A stretch of DNA of 64,000 nucleotides from Candidatus Heimdallarchaeota archaeon (GCA_030603365.1 JAUVXV010000001.1:96001-160000); one strand, 5' to 3'. Shown: positions 17,868 to 28,093, counted from the first letter of the stretch. Notes: generated by a model not told the origin, from the sequence alone. A program made the numbers and translations.

Positions 17868-18338
17868 TTGATTATGGACGTTAAAACCCAAAGAAGAATC
17901 GCTGCTAAGGTTCTAAAGGTTGGAGTCAACCGTGTAAAGATTGATCCAGATAGCTTACCTGATGTTGCTTTGGCTATTACAAGAGAAGATGTTAGACGTC
18001 ATATTGATGACGGTGATATCGGAAAACGTAAAATCAAAGGAATAAGCAGAGGTAGAGCAAAAGCTGTAGCAGCCAAAAAGAAAAAAGGACAAAGAATCGG
18101 ACCCGGAAGTCGTAAAGGACCAAAATATTCTCGTTTGTCAAGTAAAGATAGATGGATAAACAAGATAAGAGCTCAAAGAAAATATCTGAAAGCACTTAGA
18201 GATGAAGGTTATATTGATACTATAAACTATAGAAAATTATATCTTCAATCAAAAGGTAGTCTTTTCCGTTCTGTTCGTTATCTTCGAAACTATATTGCTG
18301 AACATGGTTTAGCAAAGAAACGTCTTCCGGAATTGTGA
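17868..18338 (+). CDS. rpl19e: 50S ribosomal protein eL19
   Basis: QRRIAAKVLKVG, GPGSRKG, WINKIRAQR. Confidence 0.96.
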   Translation: MIMDVKTQRRIAAKVLKVGVNRVKIDPDSLPDVALAITREDVRRHIDDGDIGKRKIKGISRGRAKAVAAKKKKGQRIGPGSRKGPKYSRLSSKDRWINKIRAQRKYLKALRDEGYIDTINYRKLYLQSKGSLFRSVRYLRNYIAEHGLAKKRLPEL

Positions 18339-18350
18339 TGAGGTGTAAAT

Positions 18351-18989
18351 ATGTCAAGACGAAGAAGAGGTTTCAGGAAGATACGAAAATTACAACAAAA
18401 GCAGAAGAAACAAGGTCCATTATATAGAGTGCCTTTCAGAAGACGCAGAGAAATGAAAACTGACTATCAACAACGTAAAAGACTCTTAAAATCTGGAAAA
18501 ATACGTTTTGTAGCCCGTCCTTCTAACAAGCAAGTTTTAGTTCAATTTGTTGAATCTAAAATAGGTGGAGACCAAACTTTTATTCAAGTAAGTTCAAATG
18601 ACTTGAAGAAACATGGATGGGATGTAGCTACCTCAAATCTTCCAGCTGCTTATCTTACTGGTTATCTAGCTGGAAAGAAAGCTATTAAGGCAAAGATTAA
18701 GGAAGCTATTCTGGATGTAGGAACTTTTACTGTAAACCCAGGTACAAGACTTTTTGCTACATTGAAGGGTGTTGTTGATGCAGGTATTGAAGTGCCTTAT
18801 AATGAAAGGATGATACCCTCTGAAGAAAGAATCAGAGGTGAGCATATCAAGGAACATGCAAAACTATTGGCAAAAGAAGATAAAGAGAAATATGACATAA
18901 TATTCTCAAAATATCTTGCGGCTAATAAGAAACCTGAAGATTTGCCAAAATTGTTTGAAGCAACCAAATCTAAAATCGACACAATATAA
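18351..18989 (+). CDS. rpl18: 50S ribosomal protein uL18
   Basis: FRRRREMKTDY, NLPAAYLTG, RIRGEHI. Confidence 0.96.
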   Translation: MSRRRRGFRKIRKLQQKQKKQGPLYRVPFRRRREMKTDYQQRKRLLKSGKIRFVARPSNKQVLVQFVESKIGGDQTFIQVSSNDLKKHGWDVATSNLPAAYLTGYLAGKKAIKAKIKEAILDVGTFTVNPGTRLFATLKGVVDAGIEVPYNERMIPSEERIRGEHIKEHAKLLAKEDKEKYDIIFSKYLAANKKPEDLPKLFEATKSKIDTI

Positions 18990-19003
18990 TGAGGTAGTAA
19001 AAA

Positions 19004-19642
19004 ATGAGTAGAAATATGTATATGGATTTAGATGAATGGGTACCCCGAACTCGAGTTGGAAGACTTGTAAAAGAGGGTAGAATCTCCACAATCGATGAGA
19101 TATTCCAGCAAGGATTACCTCTGGTTGAATCTGAGATAGTTGACATGCTTTTCGGTGATACCTTAGAAGATAATGTTGTTGATATTAGTTTGGTGCAAAG
19201 ACAAACAGACGCTGGTAGAAAAAGAAAATTCAGAGCCACAGTTGTTGTTGGCAACAAAAACGGTTATGTTGGTGTCGGAGAAGCCAAATTAAAAGAAATT
19301 GGACCTGCAATCAAGAAAGCAATTGTTAATGCAAAATTAAACATACGCCCAATTAGACGAGGGTGTGGATCATGGGAATGTTCATGCGGAACCCCTCATA
19401 CTGTTCCATACAAAGTAACTGGAAAAGTTGGGTCTACAAAAGTAATTCTTTATCCCGCTCCACGAGGTCTAGGACTAGTGGTTGGTAATGTTGCAAAAAC
19501 AGTGTTGGAACTAGCTGGTATATCGGATGTTTGGAGTAAAACATTTGGTGAAACAAGAACAACATCTAACTTTGCAAAAGCAACTTTTGAATCATTGAAA
19601 AACAGCTATGAAATCATGGCTCCATATGATTGGACAAGCTAA
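19004..19642 (+). CDS. rps5: 30S ribosomal protein uS5
   Basis: [35 protein letters not shown]. Confidence 0.97.
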   Translation: MSRNMYMDLDEWVPRTRVGRLVKEGRISTIDEIFQQGLPLVESEIVDMLFGDTLEDNVVDISLVQRQTDAGRKRKFRATVVVGNKNGYVGVGEAKLKEIGPAIKKAIVNAKLNIRPIRRGCGSWECSCGTPHTVPYKVTGKVGSTKVILYPAPRGLGLVVGNVAKTVLELAGISDVWSKTFGETRTTSNFAKATFESLKNSYEIMAPYDWTS

Positions 19643-19656
19643 GGACGTAGATATGA

Positions 19657-20145
19657 ATGAGTCAAAAGCAAGAAAAACCAGAATTGTTAGCAGTTATTCG
19701 TTTGAGAGGTAAAGTTAATGTTCATTTCAAAGTGCAAGAAACTCTCGATATGTTAAACATTCGAAGATCAAACTATATGACATTAGTGCCAAACACTCCC
19801 TCTTTCCTAGGCATGCTAAAGAAAGCAAAAGATTGTGTAACTTGGGGTGAAATCAACAAGAAAGCTCTTGAACACGTGTTAATGAAACGCGGTGAACTTC
19901 CTGGAAAGACCAAAATCACTAACAAATATTTGAAAGACCACACCCCTTATACAACAATCAAAGCATTATCAAAAGCATTCCTTGCATGTGAAGTAGATTT
20001 CAAAGATGTCCCAGAAATGAAGAGATTCTTTAGACTACATCCTGCTAGAAAAGGATACAAGAAAGTTAAAAGAGGCTTTGCAGAAGGTGGTGAACTAGGT
20101 TATAGAGGATCCGCTATAAATGAGTTAATTATAAGGATGGCATGA
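19657..20145 (+). CDS. rpl30: 50S ribosomal protein uL30
   Basis: AVIRLRG, VTWGE, FRLHPARKG, GELGYRG. Confidence 0.96.
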   Translation: MSQKQEKPELLAVIRLRGKVNVHFKVQETLDMLNIRRSNYMTLVPNTPSFLGMLKKAKDCVTWGEINKKALEHVLMKRGELPGKTKITNKYLKDHTPYTTIKALSKAFLACEVDFKDVPEMKRFFRLHPARKGYKKVKRGFAEGGELGYRGSAINELIIRMA

Positions 20146-20149
20146 TAAA

Positions 20150-20593
20150 ATGACTGTAAGAACTAGAAAACGAGTAAGAAAACAACGTGGTTATAGAACA
20201 CATGGATGGGGCATAACAAGACCTCATCGTGGAAGTGGTATGAGAGGCGGAGTTGGTAATGCTGGTCCAAAATCACATCATAAACTTCTTGTAATTATAG
20301 GAAAACGACCCCCAATAGGAAAGAGAGGTTTCATTGTCCCTCCATCTGTAGTTGAAGATGTCCCCACAATTAATGTTTCCCATTTAGAAGCTATGTTACC
20401 AACTTTATTAAAGGAAGGTAGTGCAACCCAAAAAGCTAATGTTTATCAGATTAATCTTATCGAATTGGGATATTCAAAGCTTTTAGCACAAGGGTCAGTT
20501 TCTGCTCCTATGAATATAACTGTTAAATATGCTTCTAAAAGAGCAATCAGCAAAGTTAAAGCTGCTGGTGGCAAAGTGAATCTAAAAGAATAA
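20150..20593 (+). CDS. rpl15: 50S ribosomal protein uL15
   Basis: RGYRTHGWG, GMRGGVGNAG, AISKVKAAGG. Confidence 0.96.
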   Translation: MTVRTRKRVRKQRGYRTHGWGITRPHRGSGMRGGVGNAGPKSHHKLLVIIGKRPPIGKRGFIVPPSVVEDVPTINVSHLEAMLPTLLKEGSATQKANVYQINLIELGYSKLLAQGSVSAPMNITVKYASKRAISKVKAAGGKVNLKE

Positions 20594-20632
20594 TCTCTTT
20601 ACTTTTTTCACTTTTTACTCTCTTTTTTTTAT
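20594..20632 (+). terminator. T-rich archaeal intrinsic terminator after rpl15
   Basis: Multiple oligo-T tracts directly after the stop codon. Confidence 0.5.
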
Positions 20633-20686
20633 TGAATTTGCTTCCGAAAACCTTTTGTTTGAATGATATAATCTGAATCGAAGATT

Positions 20687-21301
20687 ATGAAAGTTTTTAT
20701 TCTTGTAGGACTGCAAATGAGTGGAAAATCATCTCATGGTCATAGGTTAAGGGAGGAAGAAGGTATCCCGATGGTTGAAACTGGGCATGCCGTTTACTAC
20801 GAGTTAAAAAGACAAAAACTTCATGTTAATCACGAAAATACTACTAAAGTTATTCAATCTCTTTTATCTCAAGATCCTATCGCTTTTGCACGAACAATTT
20901 TAGATTATGAAAAGGATAAATATGAAAATTCTGAAACATTGATTCTAAACGGAGTGAAATCCCCTGCTGAAATTAAATATTCTAGAAAACGATTTGGCAA
21001 GGATAATGTGAGTGTTCTTGGTTTTCATTCTTGTCAAAAAACAAGATTTAACCGAGTTAATAATCCTGATCGATTTGCAGTATCAGGAAAGTTTCTTGAA
21101 AAAACTCAGGAAGATCAAGATTTAGCAAAATGGGAAAATTTCATTAGCAGAGATGTTCGTGAAATAGGTCTAGGAATAGGAAGTGCTTTAGCCACAGCAA
21201 ATGAAATAGTTATTACCGAAGATGAGAATTGGCCATTCTACTCTTTTGATATATCTTACGATCATTTTCGTAATTTTATATTGAGTGGAATAAAAACTTA
21301 A
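20687..21301 (+). CDS. P-loop nucleotide kinase-like protein (UPF0200-like)
   Basis: VGLQMSGKS Walker A; ILNGVKSPAE; RDVREIGLGIG. Confidence 0.7.
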   Translation: MKVFILVGLQMSGKSSHGHRLREEEGIPMVETGHAVYYELKRQKLHVNHENTTKVIQSLLSQDPIAFARTILDYEKDKYENSETLILNGVKSPAEIKYSRKRFGKDNVSVLGFHSCQKTRFNRVNNPDRFAVSGKFLEKTQEDQDLAKWENFISRDVREIGLGIGSALATANEIVITEDENWPFYSFDISYDHFRNFILSGIKT

Positions 21302-21320
21302 GAAGATTTTTCAGAATGAA

Positions 21321-22334
21321 CTAATTATCCTTTTTTTGACTCGGATAAGTTCCGATTTGCATAATTACTCTATTTACACTTGCAAGAAGCCCTTGTTCCT
21401 TACTTTTCAGATTTTCAGAATCAAGTTGTGCTTCACCGAGACCAATTAATTCATGTTTCAAAGTGAAAATCCCTACCATATTTCCTTTACTAAAATTATT
21501 GGTGAATTTTGACACTCCTGGCATTGCTAGGGGAGCACCATGACATAGAGAGTCTACTGTGCTATCTTTGACAAAGATTTTTGGCAGATGTGTTACACCC
21601 ATCTCCATTGGCAGAATTATATTTCTAAGTGGGATTTCATCCTTTTCTTCTTCTAGCCACATATAGGCATCATACAAATCTTGAAGCGTTGCTAGATATT
21701 TTTTCTCTGAGAACGGACCTGAACGTATCCTTCTCAGTTCTTTCATGTGTGCGCCACAAGACAGACTTTGACCTATATCATGTGCATACTTTCGGATATA
21801 AGTCCCTGCTTGACATTTAATCCTGAACAGTACTTCTCTCTCTTTGATGTCTATAATCTCATTTTCATAGACCTTTCTAACCCTTAATACACGCTTAACA
21901 CTCGAACGAAATGGTGGGCGTTGATATATATCTCCCACATACTCATTCATTATTTCCTTGATTCTCTCTTCTTCAACATCTTTATGTAAGCGCATATTGC
22001 AAACATATTCCTTACCCGCAAGAAGTAATGTACCTAAAATTTTTGTAGCTCTACCTAAAGCAATAGGAAGAACACCTGTAACAAGTGGATCTAGGGTACC
22101 TGAATGGCCAGCTTTTTGTAGATTTAACATCTTCTTAACGTAACTTACTACTTCATGGCTAGTTGGTCGAGGGGGTTTATCAAGATTAATAATTCCATAA
22201 TCTAGGAGCTCTTTTATCGATCTTTTCGATGGCATTTTTCCCCATTTATAGTCAGTTGTATCGCTTGATAACTCTACAATAGATTCTGATTCATCTTCAA
22301 AAGAAAGTTTTAGGGGAGTAAAAATCAAAGTCAT
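21321..22334 (-). CDS. cbf5: H/ACA pseudouridine synthase Cbf5
   Basis: LDKPPRPTSHEVV, GHSGTLDP, GTYIRK, PUA domain. Confidence 0.97.
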   Translation of the reverse strand: MTLIFTPLKLSFEDESESIVELSSDTTDYKWGKMPSKRSIKELLDYGIINLDKPPRPTSHEVVSYVKKMLNLQKAGHSGTLDPLVTGVLPIALGRATKILGTLLLAGKEYVCNMRLHKDVEEERIKEIMNEYVGDIYQRPPFRSSVKRVLRVRKVYENEIIDIKEREVLFRIKCQAGTYIRKYAHDIGQSLSCGAHMKELRRIRSGPFSEKKYLATLQDLYDAYMWLEEEKDEIPLRNIILPMEMGVTHLPKIFVKDSTVDSLCHGAPLAMPGVSKFTNNFSKGNMVGIFTLKHELIGLGEAQLDSENLKSKEQGLLASVNRVIMQIGTYPSQKKDN

Positions 22335-22378
22335 CTTTAACCAACTATAAAAAATAGGGATATAAAGTTTGAGGATAT

Positions 22379-22660
22379 CTAAACCTTAGGTATAATTGCC
22401 TCTTGCATGTAATCCTTCAAACTTCCAGCTTCAATTGCTGCTGCAACTTCTTCGTCTGTTGCATCTCTTTTAACTGAAACTACTTTGTCAGTAGGTTCAA
22501 TATGTCTGATATTGCATTTTCTTCGACGAACAGAAGTCAGTGATTGTGGGCCAGTAAGAAGGACATAATTTTGATCAATCAAATTTATAATAACTCCTTT
22601 TTTACCAGCTTCTCTTCCATTAGTTTTTACAACTACTCTTCCAATTTGGATTGCTGTCAT
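22379..22660 (-). CDS. rpl14e: 50S ribosomal protein eL14
   Basis: IGRVVVKTNGREAGKK, VRRRKCNIRHIEPT. Confidence 0.96.
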   Translation of the reverse strand: MTAIQIGRVVVKTNGREAGKKGVIINLIDQNYVLLTGPQSLTSVRRRKCNIRHIEPTDKVVSVKRDATDEEVAAAIEAGSLKDYMQEAIIPKV

Positions 22661-23250
22661 TTTTCTACACCTTTCATTTTTTTCTCAAATGCTAGTAATA
22701 TTATCTGAACACAGTCAGATGCACTAAATTTCTGCGAATTTAAGATTATATCGTATATAGTTAAATCAGAAATGTCGATTTTATACAGTTTTTGATATCT
22801 GCTTTTTTCTGATTCTTCTCTTGTTATTGTTTCTTGACGAGTTGTTTCGGCTGATTTATTTTCTCTTTGAATTATTCTCCCAATTCGTGTTTCAAACGGA
22901 GCTGTGATATATATCAACATATTTGCTATGTCTTTTAACATCCACCCACCTAATTGTGCATCAACAACGATATTGTCTTTTAATTTTGCCAGTTCAACTG
23001 TTTTATCATCAATAAACTTGTCAATTTCCTCTTGTAATTCAGCTTTTTTACTGAATTCCTCAAGATTCATGTTTGCGTTTTCTGCCATGTTTCTGAATAG
23101 TTCCCCTGCTGATATATACTCATAACCAAGTTTTTCTGCAACTTCTTTTGCTGCTGTACTTTTACCTGATCCATGGGGACCTGAAACAGCGATAATTGGC
23201 AAGTTAGCAACTTCCTCCCTTCTAGCTACGTACTTCGGCTTTGATAGCAC
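22657..23250 (-). CDS. cmk: Cytidylate kinase (archaeal)
   Basis: SGPHGSGKST, SAGELFR, RYQKLYKID; canonical position between rpl34e and rpl14e. Confidence 0.92.
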   Translation of the reverse strand: MLSKPKYVARREEVANLPIIAVSGPHGSGKSTAAKEVAEKLGYEYISAGELFRNMAENANMNLEEFSKKAELQEEIDKFIDDKTVELAKLKDNIVVDAQLGGWMLKDIANMLIYITAPFETRIGRIIQRENKSAETTRQETITREESEKSRYQKLYKIDISDLTIYDIILNSQKFSASDCVQIILLAFEKKMKGVEK

Positions 23251-23485
23251 CTTTCAGACATCTTGTGCACAAATATCCTGCATGAACTCTAGATGGAAGG
23301 CGTTCAGAGCGAGACATCTTTCTTACTCTATTTTGTCTGCCGAATGCTACCCCATGAAGGATAGCTCCACATTTAGAACAATGTGGTTTCTTAGTTCTTT
23401 TTTCGATTCTAGTTAACTTTGTTTCAGATGGAGTTCTTTTCATCCTTGTTTTCGCGACACGTAACGAAGGTCTAACCATTTTCAT
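23222..23485 (-). CDS. rpl34e: 50S ribosomal protein eL34
   Basis: RTP..., CSKCGAILHGV, PSRVHAGYLCTRCL. Confidence 0.95.
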   Translation of the reverse strand: MKMVRPSLRVAKTRMKRTPSETKLTRIEKRTKKPHCSKCGAILHGVAFGRQNRVRKMSRSERLPSRVHAGYLCTRCLKGAIKAEVRS

Positions 23486-23494
23486 TCCTCACGT

Positions 23495-24187
23495 TCATTT
23501 ATTCTTAGTAATTGTTTTCTTTTTAGCTAACTCAGCTTTGGCAGCTGATACAGGTGTTTTAACTATTTTGTGTTCTGGTTTCTTAATTTTGGTTTTTGTT
23601 GCTCCTGAAGGTGTAACTCCAAAAATCCTTGAAATTACGGATCCAAATGCAAATGCTGATATAAAGTACCAAATGGTAAATGAAGATTTTGAAAATATTC
23701 GTCCTTCAAATGATTCTTGTCCTAACCAAGATGCTGATCCAATCCATGGAAATTCTCCTAGATTGAAAGGTAACCACGCGTAGTAATGTCCTGCATCGCC
23801 AACAGGGAACGCATTTCTCATAACTGTAAATATCAGTAGAAACGGTATGATTGTAAACAGCATAGGTTTCATACGCTTAAACATCATTGATGATTGCATC
23901 TTCTTAATACGCTCTTCATCCCTTTTTACACTTAACCACAGTTTTTTATCAGCAGTGGACATAGCTTGTTTTTTGCGTTTATTCCACTCATTAACTTTTT
24001 GCATACTTTCCTTTAATGCATCAACATCTGTGACTAATCTAGTGATGAAGGTCGATAGAATTGCAATTAATACTGCAGTTACCGCTATCACCCACGCAGA
24101 TGTTGGGCGCTGATTCAACTGATTTGTTGTCATCCACTCTGTTATTCCTGTAAACCAACTATCCCAGAAGGCCATAATTAAAACCAT
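23495..24187 (-). CDS. DUF106 / EMC3-TMCO1 (Oxa1 superfamily) membrane insertase
   Basis: TM-coiled coil-KPMLFTIIP TM-IWYFIS TM; canonical position. Confidence 0.88.
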   Translation of the reverse strand: MVLIMAFWDSWFTGITEWMTTNQLNQRPTSAWVIAVTAVLIAILSTFITRLVTDVDALKESMQKVNEWNKRKKQAMSTADKKLWLSVKRDEERIKKMQSSMMFKRMKPMLFTIIPFLLIFTVMRNAFPVGDAGHYYAWLPFNLGEFPWIGSASWLGQESFEGRIFSKSSFTIWYFISAFAFGSVISRIFGVTPSGATKTKIKKPEHKIVKTPVSAAKAELAKKKTITKNK

Positions 24188-24267
24188 ATTCTGTGCTTAC
24201 TTACTCCAGAAATTATTTTCTTTTTAAAAGCTTTTGTAACTTGAGTATTCTAATCTCTACAAAATGC

Positions 24268-24990
24268 CTATGTTGAGTTCCTTAATAGAAGAAAAATATT
24301 TTCATTACCACTTGAACCACCAAGTTTCGTGCATTCCACTATTTCAAAATCACATTTTTCAATGATTTTAACCAATTCTCTCTTTGTAAACAGATGATAA
24401 TATCGCTTTGCAACGATTTCCTTATTGTTATTAAACCAAGACAAGTAGATGTCTCCATGCCTCCACAATCTGTTTTTTAATTTGTTATAAGGATAAATCA
24501 ATAGGTCTTTGAGCATCTCTCTTCTTGATCCTTTTTTCCATCTTCTCCAGCAAGAAACAATTAAATAAGTATTCTTCTTCAAAATCGCACTAACATCTCT
24601 CAATACTTTTACAACTTCTTTGCTGTTTCTTAAATGATGAAGTGTAGCGATACATATGGCAAAATCTGCAAAATTCTCTTTTAGAGGAAATGCTTTCATA
24701 TCATTATTTAGAGGGTAAATAATATTTTTTTCAGTAGAAATAGCGTTCTTTAACAATTCAAAAGAAATATCAGATGCAATATGTTCCCATTTCTGTTCTT
24801 CGAAAAGAAGAAGATTTCTACAGTTACCAGTCCCAATGTCAAGTAAAATCCCAGATGTAGGTAATGAGAAATTTTGCTTAACTAATACAATATAATCTTG
24901 AAAATCTTTCCAGGGTTTTTTCTTCAAACTTGTATATTTTGGAGAGATTTTCCTATATGCTTCTACTAGTTCATAATCTACATCTGTCAA
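24268..24990 (-). CDS. SAM-dependent methyltransferase, Trm9/ALKBH8-like
   Basis: LDIGTGNCRN, IATLHHL, RYYHLF motifs. Confidence 0.8.
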   Translation of the reverse strand: MTDVDYELVEAYRKISPKYTSLKKKPWKDFQDYIVLVKQNFSLPTSGILLDIGTGNCRNLLLFEEQKWEHIASDISFELLKNAISTEKNIIYPLNNDMKAFPLKENFADFAICIATLHHLRNSKEVVKVLRDVSAILKKNTYLIVSCWRRWKKGSRREMLKDLLIYPYNKLKNRLWRHGDIYLSWFNNNKEIVAKRYYHLFTKRELVKIIEKCDFEIVECTKLGGSSGNENIFLLLRNST

Positions 24991-25126
24991 GATGAAAGGA
25001 CTATAGTAACATCCTATATCAACTTTCTTTTTTGAAAGAATGAATTATATCAGAATAAGAAATTTTATATATTAACTTTTGTTTACTCAAAATGAGTAAA
25101 TACTCTTTGGCAGTAGATGTGATAAA

Positions 25127-26077
25127 ATGGATTCTTTTAATATAGCAGTAATTGGAGTGGGGAGTTGGGGTAAAAATCATGCCCGTGTCTTTAGTGAAAT
25201 GGAAAACGTAAATCTTCATAGTATTTATGATTTAGATTACACCCATGCATCGAATTTAGCTCAGATTTACAATACTAAAGCAATAAAAAATCTTGATGAT
25301 TTACTACAAAATGAAGAAATCGATGCCATTACCATTGCTTCACCAACTTCAACACATGCAAAAATTGCGTTACAAGCAATAGAAAATAGTAAGCATGTTC
25401 TTATTGAAAAACCAATGACCAGTACAGTAGAAGAAGCAGAAAAAATACTTGATGCAGAAAAACAATATAATGTTATAGTGTCGGTTGGTTTCATTGAACG
25501 TTTTAATCCAATTATATCCCGATCTAAACAACTAATTAAAAATGAAGAATTAGGCGAACTTGTTTTAATAAGCGCAAGACGATTGGGACCTTACTGGCCA
25601 GATAGACTAAAAGATGTTGACGTTATTAGAGATGTAAGCATTCATGATATAGATGCGTTTAGATACTTATTAGCTAAAGAACCAAAATCAGTATATGCAA
25701 GAGGAGGAAAATTGAGACATTCATATCTTGATTATGCAGAGATTTTACTCGATTTTGAAAACGGAGTTACAGGATTCATTGAATCTAATTATCTTACACC
25801 ACATAAACTAAGAAAACTGATGTTAACTTGCGAAAAGGGAATTGTTGAAGCTGATTATATTTCCCAAGAGTATGTAATTGAAGATGCGGAATGGTTAAGA
25901 AAGAATAAAATGGAATGGCAAGAACCCCTAAGCAAAGAGATGTACGCTTTTGTTGATGCATGTTTAGGGAAAACTCCACCAGTAATAACTTCCTTAGACG
26001 GTGTAAATGCTCTGAAAATAGCTCTATCTTCCATAGAGAGTGTTGAAACTCACAAAGTAATTGATCTCGATTTATGA
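25127..26077 (+). CDS. Gfo/Idh/MocA family oxidoreductase
   Basis: GVGSWGKNH, HVLIEKP, GFIERFNP, DVSIHDID. Confidence 0.92.
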   Translation: MDSFNIAVIGVGSWGKNHARVFSEMENVNLHSIYDLDYTHASNLAQIYNTKAIKNLDDLLQNEEIDAITIASPTSTHAKIALQAIENSKHVLIEKPMTSTVEEAEKILDAEKQYNVIVSVGFIERFNPIISRSKQLIKNEELGELVLISARRLGPYWPDRLKDVDVIRDVSIHDIDAFRYLLAKEPKSVYARGGKLRHSYLDYAEILLDFENGVTGFIESNYLTPHKLRKLMLTCEKGIVEADYISQEYVIEDAEWLRKNKMEWQEPLSKEMYAFVDACLGKTPPVITSLDGVNALKIALSSIESVETHKVIDLDL

Positions 26078-26116
26078 GAATAAACTAAAAATAAGAAATA
26101 AAAAGGGAAGGAGATT

Positions 26117-27589
26117 TTATTGCAGCCCTAAGAAACCAGCTAATGCAGGTACTGTTTCGCTGACTTGCTCGCTTGCAAATATCTCATAATATTGTCTTAG
26201 AATACCTGTTGTAAGCAGAATTCCCGTACCAGTTCCTAGCGCTCCTAAGAAATCGGCAAACGCCGCTAGTACTCCTATGAAGAATCCTCCTAACCATGCT
26301 GCTGTTGGAATATACCTCTCTAAGTATTTTTCAACTATACGAGGATTTCTTCTGAAACCTGGTATTTGCATATTGGCATCTAAAAGTTGTTTTGCAACAT
26401 TCTTTGAGCTCATTCCCGCTGTATCTATCCAGATACGTGAGAATATACCACATAAGGCTATCATAAGAATTAGATAGATGATAGCATTAACTGGAAACGC
26501 TGCCACTTGTTCCGGCCCATACGGTGCCGTCGTATACGCCGCTATGCCGCTCGTAGGCGCGAGTTGTTCCGTTTGCCCCGGATCCGCGACATTTTCCCAC
26601 CGACCAAAGAAGTTCACAAAGAAGTACTTAAACCCTGATTCTTCCTTCCCCCAGTTGTTAAACATTAGATTTGAAACAAAGTAAATATTAGCAAATAATG
26701 CACTTACTAAAATGACAGGAATGTTTGATGTGTATAGGAATTTGATTGGATAACGTGCTGGCATTTTGTATTGACTGTGTTGAACTGGAATTTCAATCTT
26801 AACAGAATCAACATAGATTACAATTGCAAAAACAACTATTGTTGCAAGCAAGCCTATTAAATCAGGTGATCTTCCCGTTCTACTAAATGCATTTGCAATC
26901 TCAGTGCCAGGATTATCACTGAACAATCCTTGGAAGAAAGCAATAATACATCCTCTAGATTGAGTAGCAGTTTCTGGTTTAAGGCTGAACATACCATCAA
27001 AGATATTGAATGAGACACTAGCCGCAATAAAGAGACTTATCCCGCTACCCATCCCATACCCTTTCTGTATGACTTCATCCATTAATAATATAATGAAACC
27101 CGCAACAAGAAGTTGTAAAAGAATTATCATTATAGCTTCGATTCCTAAATCCTCTCTTGCTCCATAAGCTCCTCCAAGAATATATGCTAGAGCTTCAAAA
27201 ATGGTCATCAATACAGCAAGTATCTTTTGTGTCCCTGTATACAGCCCTCTTTCTTCAGGGTTAGTGAAATCTACTTTTATAATCTGAGACCCTACTAACA
27301 ACTGCATGATCAAACCAGCTGTTACTATAGGTCCTATTCCTAATTCAGCTAAAGTTCCTCTTTGAGATGCTAAAATTGCTCTCATCGCAAAGAATGGATC
27401 GGCACCCTCATCTCCCTTAGGTACTCCTACAATGGGGATGTTGAGCATAGTTAAGTATATTGCAAGGATTCCAAAAGTCCAGAATATCTTCTTCTTGAAA
27501 GAAGGTTTCCTTGCAGGTTTCTTCACTTCAAATATGAATCGTTGAAAGGGTTTGAATAGCAGTAAGAATTTTGACGTCATTGAAACCAC
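26117..27589 (-). CDS. secY: Protein translocase SecY/Sec61alpha
   Basis: ELGIGPIVTAG, KGYGMGSGISLFIA, YTSNIPVIL, IPGFR, GTGILL. Confidence 0.98.
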   Translation of the reverse strand: MVSMTSKFLLLFKPFQRFIFEVKKPARKPSFKKKIFWTFGILAIYLTMLNIPIVGVPKGDEGADPFFAMRAILASQRGTLAELGIGPIVTAGLIMQLLVGSQIIKVDFTNPEERGLYTGTQKILAVLMTIFEALAYILGGAYGAREDLGIEAIMIILLQLLVAGFIILLMDEVIQKGYGMGSGISLFIAASVSFNIFDGMFSLKPETATQSRGCIIAFFQGLFSDNPGTEIANAFSRTGRSPDLIGLLATIVVFAIVIYVDSVKIEIPVQHSQYKMPARYPIKFLYTSNIPVILVSALFANIYFVSNLMFNNWGKEESGFKYFFVNFFGRWENVADPGQTEQLAPTSGIAAYTTAPYGPEQVAAFPVNAIIYLILMIALCGIFSRIWIDTAGMSSKNVAKQLLDANMQIPGFRRNPRIVEKYLERYIPTAAWLGGFFIGVLAAFADFLGALGTGTGILLTTGILRQYYEIFASEQVSETVPALAGFLGLQ

Positions 27590-27823
27590 CGGTTCGATTT
27601 CAATCCCATTGATGTTCTTCTATTTATAAGCATTTTTCTGTATGTTACAAACAAAGAAAGAAAAAATTAATTATTAGGTGAAAAAACAGAACTCGATAGA
27701 ATATTTGTCTTTTTATCGATTGATAAAAAATAATTTTATTCTCATAACAAAACAAGAATTAGCATATTATGGCAATATTTTTAATATTATCCTTTTACAA
27801 AGTCTATTATTCTCTAATACTTC

Positions 27824-27907
27824 GCCAGGATACTCAAGCGGTATGAGGCTAGATTGGAAATCTAGTGCCATTATGGTTCCGGGGTTCAAATCCCCGTCCT
27901 GGCTCCA
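27824..27907 (+). tRNA. tRNA-Ser(GGA), CCA encoded
   Basis: GCCAGGA/TCCTGGC acceptor; CTAGA-TT-GGA-AA-TCTAG anticodon arm; long variable arm; GTTCAAAT T-loop. Confidence 0.95.
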
Positions 27908-28026
27908 TTGTTTCTAAACTTCTCTTTAGATTTTTGTCTTTGAAGCAAATGTTTAAAAAAATCATCTGCACCCTCCAACTAAAGTCATTTGTGCTATTAT
28001 ATAATAGTTGGAAAGCACTGGGCGAA

Positions 28027-28093
28027 GCTCTACGGGAAAAAACCCATTTCTGACAGAGTTCAGAAACAGGAGCACCACAACTGCGGGTTGTGG
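28027..28093 (+). promoter_or_regulatory. Putative structured leader of rps13-rps4-rps11
   Basis: GCTC/GAGC enclosing GGG/CCC and TTTCTGA/TCAGAAA hairpins, then CCACAAC/GTTGTGG hairpin. Confidence 0.5.
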
